From the NCBI GenBank assembly GCA_949358305.1, contig OX442314.1, forward strand, positions 21,142,001-21,206,000: a DNA stretch of 64,000 nt, in the 5' to 3' direction. The translations under genes and the position numbers were made by a program. Source of the stretch: Strigamia acuminata. Taxonomy: Eukaryota. The notes under the pieces are model-generated. The model saw only the letters and a list, made by a program, of their open reading frames with translations. It did no database searches and was not told the DNA's origin. Shown here piece after piece: positions 23,783-34,959 of this stretch (position 1 is its first letter; the number at the start of each line of letters is the position of its first letter).

Positions 23783-26599
23783 CAGGTCATTTTACGTTGT
23801 TATGTAATTACATTTCCCAGCAAATCCTCTCTGTACGTGAAATAATGCGACCTCTGACACCCATATTGGTGCAGAGCCAAAGTACAAGCGCAGAAAAATG
23901 GTAGCAATGTGATAACTCAAATTTCAACGATATTTCACATTTTTCTTGACGTGTGTGTGCACGTCCACCTACGTTAGCAGCGCTAAGGCGACCGAAATCA
24001 AAACAAAACTAAACTCACAATTTAAAAAAAGAAAGAAAGAAAAAAAAGAAAAAAAAAGGCGCAATATATCTTATTTCGCAATGTAATAATCAATTTCAAA
24101 ACTGCAACAACAGAAAAAGGAAGAAATAAAAATTAATTTAAAATTAATTCTTTTGTTTTCTGAATTACTCTCTGAAAACAAGCACCTGGACATGCAGTAT
24201 TGATTAAGTCCAGGTGAAAAAGGAACTTACCACTCACTCCACTCGGTAGTTCTTGTGGTTGAGTGCCACTGACCACACAATACACAATGAATCTGTATCA
24301 ACTATGAATAAAACCCCCGTGCACCTGTATTTTCTATGAAGCAGGTATCAAGTACCTTACAATAGGTTTACTGTAATGTATTGTGTGCACTGAATTCCAC
24401 CATCTCATTGTCAAACCAAGCACTTTTCATTTTTTTTCTTCCATTTTTTTTTATTTATTCACAACTTCACGTCGATGTTTTACTTATAATTTGAAATAAT
24501 GAAATTTCAACTTATAATGCGGAATTTATTCTTTATTTTAAAAATAATTTTAAATATTTAATTTTTCTCAGCAATCGGTACAAAAGGGCAAATACGTTGG
24601 AAATGCAAGTGAGATCCAAATATCCTTCCTTATTGGAAAGGATAAAAATAAAAATCGGTTGTTTTCGTGTTTGGGATCATAATAATGCATGCATTCATTA
24701 TTCATAAAGATTTGTAAGGCCATTAGCAAAATACCTTCTTTCAGCTTGGCACCTTTTTATTAAATCACCGTGCACATCGTGTACGAAAATTGGAGTCGTG
24801 TTCATCAAATTTTCAGTTGCGTCGCAAGTTTCCTCTTGTTTTATACACAATTCCATTAAAATTGTATGAAATACATAGTGGAATTTGAGACCCAATAGAA
24901 ATCCAAGTGTTTTTCTTTCCGTTTTGCCTTACATTTTGTTTAGAAATACAAAAAAAAAAAATTTAGAAAAATAATATAAAAAAAATGCAGAAAACCGATA
25001 ATTATTTTTCATGATTTTTCAATTTGTCACTTGTGATCCATTACTAGATGCCCGGATTCAGAGTAATTGTGTTAAGTGAAAGAAAATAGAGACGTAACAT
25101 ACCAGTAATCCAGTTTGACTGTTCCTTGAACACAGATGGCCGGATTTATTTGTTATGTAAACATTTCATCCATCTAGAAAAAGAAAATATTGAAAAAAAA
25201 AATATTAAAAATAAATTTCGATTTGTAAGAAAGAAAAAAAAAATGTCAACGAGAACAACTCGACATTGAAAGTTCAAAATCACACCTGGTGGCAAATCTC
25301 ATTGTGTTCTTCATTCATCGTGTTCGGTTTACTATTTCAACTCAAGCAGAACCGGAAATGGGTGGAGAAATAGGGGGACGAATTGTTGCACCTGGTACCT
25401 AACTATGCAGTAATTAGTGTGACTTGATGAGGTTAAAGAGTGCGCCAGGTGTTGGAATAATTTTACTTAATTCAATCAAAAATGAATTTCGCTGCTTGTT
25501 CCAACTGGGTAACATTAACAAACTGCAGGCTTGATTTTGGGCCCCTGTCGTTGGCAAAACCATCTTATTATGGCCCCCTTCAAGATTAAAAATTCGAAAC
25601 TCATTAATTATTTAAATGAATGATTTCCGCAAAAATAATAAGTAAAACTCGTTAAAGCGAATTACGCGTATAACGAACATTTTCAAAATCACCAATTTCT
25701 GGTTCCACACGCTAAAGCACTTTTTTGTGTTGGGATACACAGATATAACGTACCGGCACATTTTTGTTCGAATTTCATACAATGAGGTTATAATTCGGGC
25801 CTTAGTTATAATTATACACGATTATAAGAGTTGAAGGTAATAACTTGACTTTTTATAACCCACAAGTTACCCCAGGTTATAATATTACTAATATAATTTT
25901 TAATCACATTTATTCACACAAAAATTGAATCAAATTTCTTCAAAAATAATAATTTTAACATATTGGTTTGGGTTTTATGAAGTTTCTCCTCATTCACATT
26001 TTATCTTATGCTTACCAATCAATGTAATTAGTTGGAGAGTTGGAATCTTTACACCATGGTGCGCCATCTAGCTGCACAAATTGAAATTATCACAAACAAA
26101 GACTTGTTGCGGTTTTCTGGCTGCAAAGGGCAAATGCAATATTAGAAAATTTTAGATTCTCTGAGGAGGTATTCGTTATTTATTTATCTTTAACTTACCG
26201 ATGAATCAAAATTCTAACCTTTCTCGAAAATTGTAATTTCGGTTAAAAAAAAAAAAAACCCTGCGTGATCGAAAACAACTCCCAGTAGACAGCCATCTTT
26301 AAAACGGAGGTTAGTAATAAAACCCGGATCGATCAGCCCCGGCCTGCACAAAACGTGACAGCTGAATTTCCTTTTCAAAAAGCCAAGAAAATCGAAAAAG
26401 CTTCTTTCGCGTATGAACTACCACAATATACACCTCGATAAATTGTTGTTTTTCTTTGAAAGAAAAAATCAAAACAAAAAAAATCAAAACAAAGTAAAGA
26501 ACTAAGAAACGATACTACAATATTTATTCAAAATGATATTAGTTTTTGGCCAGAGTGGGAATGACAAATTTATTGAATGAAAACGAAATGACGGCGAAA

Positions 26600-27125
26600 T
26601 CAACTTGATTGTGGAGTTTGAGTATTCATAATCAGCGTAATGTTGTCGCCTTTTAACATAATACGACCTGCAATTACACAACAAAAGCGAATTAAAGAAA
26701 AAATACAAATATAACTCTATTTCAACAGTCTAAATTCAAATTACCAAGTGGTTTACGACTCTTAGTCTTCATATTATATTCCTCCGCTTCGTCCAAAACG
26801 AGGTTCATGTACTCGTCGAATCCAACGATGTGGCCTTCAATTCTCATGTTTATATTTTCGTAGAGCCAAACCTGAATTCTAGATCTCTATAAATCAAATG
26901 GTAATTCTTTTAGAAACGTATTCGAATTAAAAATTATTTAACATATACTTACGTTTTGCAAATACCTAAAAATTAAATTCTGAATTAAGAGTTAAGGGAA
27001 CACGCGACATATCGGACGAGATTAAATTTTCGTTTCATACGAGTAAAAATAAAAATTAATGAACAAAAGGATACTATAGGCTGCACCATAACCTTCTGGA
27101 TTTTCTGTGGACCCTTGTACGACAT
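26600..27125 (-). CDS. SNRPE: Small nuclear ribonucleoprotein E (SmE), 4 exons
   Basis: [62 protein letters not shown]...[24 protein letters not shown]. Confidence 0.96.
26980..27074 (-). other. U12-type (minor spliceosome) GT-AG intron, SmE intron 1
   Basis: Donor GTATCCTTTT; branch point TTCCCTTAAC ending ~12 nt before the acceptor (ttcag); no polypyrimidine tract. Confidence 0.9.
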
Positions 27126-28440
27126 CTTGGTGTTGTTTTGTGGATGAAGAAGCAAACACCGGGTTTCTTGAATTTACAAATGGACGCCAGCAAAACGAAG
27201 TAATGACGTTTGAATGAGAATATGATCTAGAACCGCTGGAACTCTGTTCCCAAAGATCTTTGATGAATGTGATTGGCTAGAAGCGTGCTGGCAGCCAATG
27301 ACATGAGATTTGAAAAGTTAGTACAGAAATCGCATCTTGCTCTAGTCAGAGGGCGCTAAATTTTAACACGGCAGACAACGGCCAGACAACGGCAGGTTCC
27401 AAAATAAAAAATATACAACTGTAATTTTTAATCTTTATTACTTGAGAAATTATGTTTTTAGTTCATTTAGAATTTTTCTCTCCTATGGATGTCACAAAAT
27501 TCACTTATTCTAACAACGGATCGATTTTGTTTGAAAAACGGTTAACTATTGCCATCTAGTGGCACAATAACAATTTTTATTTAATTTTTGCTCAGCCTAA
27601 ACAAAATTTTTAAATTTAAAAGCAATCTTTTTTAAAAGCCACATGAATATTCACTCTGGATTACTTGATACGATCATATTGAAATTAAAATTGATTGATT
27701 AGAAACGTTTCCAAATTCCAATGAAGATTAAGACGAATTAAAGAATAGTTAAAATTATGTTTAGTTATTTCTATTAGACCACATTACCGATATAGATTTT
27801 TACATAATGCCAATCAGACCATCGTCAATGGCATGACTGAAAAAACGTTAAATTTAGTGAGAAAATTGGTCAAGATTTCATATTAGGTTGGAAATTCAAG
27901 AAGCACGCCCTCAATCATCAACCAGCAAACGTTATTACAAAGTTGTATCGATTTTTCGTGTAAAAAACGAAGCTAATAATAATTTTTTTAATAAAATGAA
28001 CAGAAATTATCGATAGACAAAAATTTTTGAAAAAAGTTGTAAATATCTCATGAGATGTACGACATTTCAATAGAACCAGACAAACTTTTTCTTGATTGAT
28101 TAATCTATAATAAATAATGCAAACAGTTGCAACACACACATTTCGCGTCACAATCTCGTGCTAAACGAGACATCAGTGATTTATTTCATGATCCCAAGAT
28201 TCCCATCCACTGCGAATAGAGTGTGGCGGCTTCTCTGCTCACCACGCGCGTTTAAAACCGCAGCATCCTTGCCAAATCTTTGAAAAAACAAACTTTAAGG
28301 TAAGAAATATAAACAATTTTAACGTCCTCTTATTTGTTTACATTAAGAAAAATCCTAAAAAGTTTTGTTTCAACTCAAACTTCAAGTATTGACGATCAAT
28401 CAATAAAATCTAAAACAATTTTACATTTATTTTCACAAGA

Positions 28441-31400
28441 ATGGCGGCATCTCCAGGTAAAATAAAACGTGGGGCGTTCAAAAACCAACGATTCTACAGC
28501 ACACCAACAATGCCAACCAAATCATTGGAAATATCGGAACATTATTTGAAAGAGTTGCAGGTAATAACTTATTTCTATTCCTGAATAATGTTTTTTATTT
28601 ACATACCCTAAAAATCACCATTAAAATAAACTTTTATAATTGAAAAAATCAATTTAAAGTTTAAATGAGTGTGGAATTAATATATGTCTAGTTTTGGCTT
28701 GTGTTCTAAGGTAGATAACTGTAATATTCTTCCATATTCATTATTGTGTGATTCATCTGAGTTTCTTTTGCAAGATCAAGTCCTCTGGCATTTCCAACCG
28801 ACACTGCATTGCACTTTATTGATGAAATGTTTTGAGATAGCATAACATTAGGCAAGGCCTGTGATTGGGTCACATGACATAAATGACCAAGGGAAAAGGC
28901 TATCGGAGGAATTGAAAGGTGTCACAAACAGAAACCTAAAAAGCGGAAATTAAACAAAACGCTAAAGAAAATGGTCAAGTGCAAATGTAACAAAAATAAC
29001 TTTATTTGCTGATTTTTTTAAAAGGCTTTTCCAGCATTAGAGCGGTTTGTAGATGCGATACTCGATTTTAAAATGTAGCTCTGCAAGTCTGCATATCTAT
29101 TTAAATTTTATGACAGTAGAGTGCGCGATACGAAAAATGGCGTAATATGAACGTGGAAAAGCCAAGGCGCCATTATTTTATCTGCAACTTGTTTTCTGAT
29201 TGAGTAAACCCCATAAATAGGGTAAGGGGTGCTGAGACGAAGTTGATGTGAGTGATGGTCTCCGTGTGAGAGAATGACACAGCGTTCATGTGGAAAAGTG
29301 AGATTTAAGCAACAATGAAAGGGCGCCATTCGTTGCGTCAAAACTCGCGAACAACAGAAATGATATTTCCATGTATAAAACTCTTGGGAGAGTTATTAGT
29401 TTGATTGATGTAAACATTTCGAAATGGGGTGAAAATGTGAGCAAACTTTAACCACATTTCCTTTCAATTAGAGACTGAATTTATTGATGAAGTTCTGCGC
29501 TCTTCCTAAGATTGATGCTTTCGGTTATCAGCCAAAGTGTCGCAAATGTGGATGATAAGAGGAGCGTGTGACGTCATTCTCCGGATGTTGTTTCCATGGC
29601 GACCTGGCTGATACACCGTACTCGGGATTTATCACCGCTGACATGTGCATTGTTTCGGTCATAGAGAAACATTGTTGGAGTTAAGGAGCTAATGATTTAT
29701 TTCGAATTAGTTTTTCTTGTTTTTAATGCAAGTTGTAATTAATTTTTAACTTTGTTATAGTTGACTTGATTCAAAATAAATTTTAAAAAATGAAGTTGAT
29801 GAAGATGTAAGCCAAAGCTGAAGCATTGTTGCGTTTAACTTTTGACTTTTCCATTAGATGTATAAATATTTTATGAGTTTATTCGTGAAAGTTCGAGAAG
29901 TTAATTGTTATATTAAAACCAATCAAAACAGTAGGGAAAAAAAGAGTAATATTAAGCTAAGTCTGCATTTTCTTTTATAAAATTGTAAATATACGGTAGT
30001 ACAGTATTGATACATCATTGATAAAATGAAGCCAAAGCATTTACGTCATTGGAAGAAATCTAGTACTGCGCATGCGCTGCCTCCCTTCAATTCTTTATCA
30101 AAACTCCACAGTTAACGCTCAGGAGAATAAAGTCAGTTATATGAAATAATGAGTGGTTCAGGCAAAGGATTATTAGGGTTATGGCTATATAGAAGAGGAG
30201 ATTCAGAATGGTCATTGAAAGAAGACACTGAAAAAAAGGTATTAACATTTTTTAAATATATGTTTCTTATTTAAACAAATTAACTACCAATGTGACGCGC
30301 ACCGCAAAGCTCTAAAAGTTCGCGAAATGTTAAATATGAAGAAAAATTCAAAAAATTTACAAAACATAAATGAGATACCATTCGTGATGTTTAAGGTTTT
30401 GCAGATTTTTTACATTTATGAAAAAGATCTCCCATTTCGTAAAGTCACAGAAAACGCATGTACCTGCTTCAGACTTTTCTTTTTGAGCATTAGGAGCTAC
30501 AGTAGTTAGTTTTATGAATGGAAATTAGATCTACTATATCAGCGATCACCATAAAGTTTATCAATAATCAAAGTTTTGCCGTTGTTAGAGCCTGACCGTG
30601 CGAAAGGGCTAAGTTTGTATGTTATTTCTTGATAATTTTAGAAAAAATTGTCCTCGAAACTTTCATTTTTTAGTTTTAGTGCCAACAATTGCACACTGTA
30701 AGCTCTAAATTCCTGCCGCGCAGAGCGGTGCTTTCCTCGCATACTTCCAATGCTGATCCTGGCAATTTAAAATTTACTCCGTAATTGTTTATTTATTTAG
30801 GCTAACTATTATCTCGATGAACTTTAGTGTATTTTGTTAATGTCTGAATTAGATTCAAATAGTGATTACGGGAAAGGTGGATTCGGTCATTGGTGTTTAT
30901 AATATTAGATGAATAAGTTGTCAACATGGTGGATATCCACCATGGTTGTTAATCAACAGCAATTGCATAAATTATTGCAGCAGGAACAAACTGTATTTCG
31001 AGACATTAATTTGCTCTGATGCGAGTTATTCCAGAGTTAGAGAATGATACATAAGATTTAAATCCTGAAATAAAATAATTAAATTGGTCTTGGGTAAATT
31101 ATATTTCATTTAGGCTAAAATACGCCGCTGTGAAGATGATTCAGCTATACCAGAAGTGGTTCACGGTCCCGATCAATCGCATAGTGTTGTTTTTCCCTTG
31201 AAAGATCAAGTTGGTGGTTTATCAAGAGCGCTGAAAATATTCCAGGTAAGCTAAAAGCTACTACTTTTGATTATGTTATCGCAATTTAGTAGAAAACTAC
31301 GTTTCATTCAACATCCGCCAGCAAATCTCTCGTCATAACATCGGCATTTCAAATCCCAATCACTTTCACTGCACACTCTACACATACTAATTTTCAGGAA

Positions 31401-33386
31401 AAGAATATCAATGTTTTGCACATTGAATCCCGAAAATCACGTCGCAGAGATTCCGAATATGAGATCTATGTCGACGTTGAATGTGACAACTCTCGAATGG
31501 AGACATTGGTCGGAGCCCTTAAAAACCAATTGGCTGGAATCCATCTGAATGATTTCGATGCAGGAAAATCATTCCCTTTGCAACAAACCCTATCAATTGA
31601 TGAAAGTTTTGGTAAACTATTTAAAAATTAAAATCAATTCACACGAGAAAACGAGATGTTGATTATTCTGTTTAGAGGATTCCGGCATGCCATGGTTCCC
31701 AAAGAAATTACAAGATTTTGACATATGTGCTAACCGTGTTCTTATGTACGGTGCTGAGTTGGATGCTGATCATCCGGTAAAAGTTTACTAAACCAAACAA
31801 AAACGTATAAAAACCACTACCAATACTCCAAATTATCTTTTCAGGGTTTTAAAGATACTATATATAGACAGCGGAGGAAATATTACGTCGATATTGCCAC
31901 TAATTATAAGCAGTTGAGTGGAATGATTCTAAAAATTATAAATTTTATTTCTAAAAATCGGTATTGCGTTGCAGAGGCCAACCGATTCCAAGAGCGGTGT
32001 ATACCGAAGAAGAAATCAATACTTGGAGGACGGTTTTTCGCGAATTGACCAAATTATACCCGACGCATGCTTGCAAGGAATACTTGTCCAATTTGCAACT
32101 TTTGATAAAGCATTGTGGATATCGGTTTGTCTGTTTTCGATATTAATTGTCTTCATCATTAAATATCGGGGAAACTTTAGTTTTGTTAATTTGCAACATC
32201 TCGCTGCTTGGACGACCTTTTTTTGTCGCATTATTAACACGTTAAATGTGTTTGGCTACTCTCTCGACTCCTTTGTTATTCATTAAATTTAAATTGTGTA
32301 ATTTGATGTGTTTCAGTGAAGACAACATTCCTCAGTTAGAAGACATCAGCAATTTTTTAAAACGTTAGTGTTGCTAACTATAATATTTTCGTTCTGCATT
32401 AAAATCTATTTTGTTTTGGATATTTTAATATTTCATTAGAGAGAAGTGGCTTTTTATTGCGACCTGTTGCTGGATATTTATCATCGCGGGACTTCTTAGC
32501 AGGACTAGCGTTTCGCCTTTTCCACTGCACCCAATACATTCGCCACAGCTCCGATCCATTTTACACGCCTGAACCGTAAATAAATATTAATTAGTTTCAA
32601 ACTTTTCTTAATAAGAGAAATTCGGTATTAGTGATTGTTGTCACGAACTCCTTGGCCACATGCCAATGTTAGCAGATCCAAGTTTTGCCCAGTTCTCTCA
32701 AGAAATTGGGTTGGCTTCTCTCGGCGCTTCGGACGAAGAAGTGTCAAAAATGGCCACGGTTTGCGATTTCATTTGTAAAATCTACATAAATATCTCGCTT
32801 TTTAAACTGTTGCTGTTTATATTTGTTGATCTAGGTTTATTTTTTCACCATCGAATTCGGCTTGTGCAAACAAAGTGGTGAACTGCGCGTGTTCGGTGCG
32901 GGATTGCTTTCTTCAGTTGCAGAATTAAAGGTATAAATAAATTCATTTCTCGTAAAAATAAATTTTGTTTAATTATTTCTTTAAACATTTACAGCATGCA
33001 TTGTCTGACAAAGCAGTAATCCTCCCATTTGAACCCGAAAGAACTTGTCAACAAGAATGTTTAATTACCACTTTTCAAGATGTCTATTTTCATTCAGATT
33101 CTTTTGAAACTGCAAAAGACAAAATGAGGTACGTACTTTTTAGAATTTTATGTTTTACTAGATTAGTTATTTACTTGTTATAACACACGATTTTTTTCTC
33201 ATCAGGGGATTTGCTGACACCATCACAAGGCCTTTTGGCGTCCGTTATAATCCCTACACTCAAACTGTGGAAGTTTTAAGTTCAACTCAAAAAATTGCGA
33301 GCATCGTCAGTGAACTCAAAGGAGATTTATGTATCGTTACGAATGCTTTAAGAAAAATCCAAGAACATGATAATGAGCGTGAATAA
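28441..33386 (+). CDS. TPH: Tryptophan 5-hydroxylase (ACT and biopterin-dependent hydroxylase domains); alternative first coding exons 28441-28560 and 30149-30238
   Basis: [69 protein letters not shown] (F here is TPH-type, versus W in PAH/TH); [12 protein letters not shown]; stop 33384-33386. Confidence 0.93.
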
Positions 33387-34179
33387 ATTCTCCGAACAAT
33401 ATTTAAACTTAAATCCTGATACTGCATGGGTCCAAAATACTAAAATCTGGATTTTATTAAATAATTGATTAATATTCGTAGTTTAGAATTAGGTGAATCA
33501 AAAGTAGAAGTTTGCATGCGTGGGGTACCTTGTTTGTCAAGTGTTTTTTCTGTAACTTACACCGAATAATCACCATAATTATTCTAAGTAGATTAGCGAC
33601 AATTAAAAATAATAAACACGCTAAATTAAGCATATCATATTCTGACTGTGTAAAACTTATAAACGTTTTGTATGTTGTTCATATTGTGTGTAATTAAATG
33701 ATTCGTGTCATGGCTAAGATGTTTCAATCTAATTTGCACAAAACAAACACTTCGATGAGCAGTAATAGCAATTTGCTTTGATAAAGCAAGTTTATTATTT
33801 GACACAAGCGGCTTTTCAACGTGACAATAGAGCATTTGATTGGAGCAATTTACACATTAAGTTTTTAAAACATTACTTATCAAACTAAAATCGTCATAAT
33901 CATAATAATTACAGTACGAAAATAAATCCAAAAAAATCTGAACTAAATTGAGTAGGTGTGATGAAACGAAAATGTAATCTTTTTAACAATTAGTAATCCA
34001 TTTATCTCGGCCACTTTTTCAATAATTACGTGATGCAAATGGTCGTAACAAATCTGAAGATTGAATTAGTTACATTTTGTCTACATGTTTATGTACAATC
34101 AATCCTCAAAACAACTGTCACAACAATTTTTGTATCAAGCATTACCATTACTATATATATACGGTATATATACGGTACC

Positions 34180-34822
34180 CAGGGTGTCCCAAAAGTCTGA
34201 ACCTCCCCAAGTAATTTCCAAAATACTTGAGATATCAGAAAACTGAAGAAAAACTCATAGGAGAAATCTTTCATTGCGAATCTGATGGGATCCTCAAATT
34301 TGACCTCAAAGGTCAAGTTTTGAGAAAAAAAGGTTTGAAATGTTAGTCTACTCAGCTTTGTAACCTAAAACTATCATGTGGAATGTACTTCCAAAATAAA
34401 TTATTTCCTTTCTTTTGTGTTTCCTCTCTTCTACTTACAAGTATGACCCAATAAACTGTCCTAATTGAGGATTAGCTTGATGCCTCAATAGTTTTAAGTT
34501 ACAAAGCTGAGTTACAAAGCTGAGTAGACTAACATTTCAAACCTTTTTTTCTCAAAACTTTTCCGTAAGAAATCATTTTTTTAAGAACAGTTCTAAACTA
34601 ATTAGATGGGTCTCTACAACTTTGTAATTGGAAATTTTGCTCTAACCTGATTCGTTTAGAAGTTAGCAAGTGAATGACCTTGAAAATGAACTTTGAGGTC
34701 AAATTTGAGGATCCCATCAGATTCGCAATGAAAGATTTCCCCTATGAGTTTTTATTCAGTTTTCTGATATCTCAAGTATTTTGGAAATTACTTGGGGAGG
34801 TTTAGACTTTTGGGACACCCTG
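34180..34822. mobile_element. Non-autonomous TIR element (MITE, Tc1/mariner-like CAGGGTGTCCC ends), ~135-bp TIRs and an internal inverted repeat
   Basis: cagggtgtcccaaaagtctgaacctcccc... at 34180 versus ...ggggaggtttagacttttgggacaccctg|ta at 34822; internal IR ~34316-34364 / 34511-34559; absent from duplicate unit 2. Confidence 0.85.
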
Positions 34823-34959
34823 TATATTAGTTATTCGAATCAATAAAAATTCTTGTTCAAGATATTGCCAAAAATGTGGCATGACTGGTGCACAATAAAT
34901 GTGTGAATAAAAATACAAATATTCATATTTCGTCTTAAAGCCAATTCCCTTATACTATT

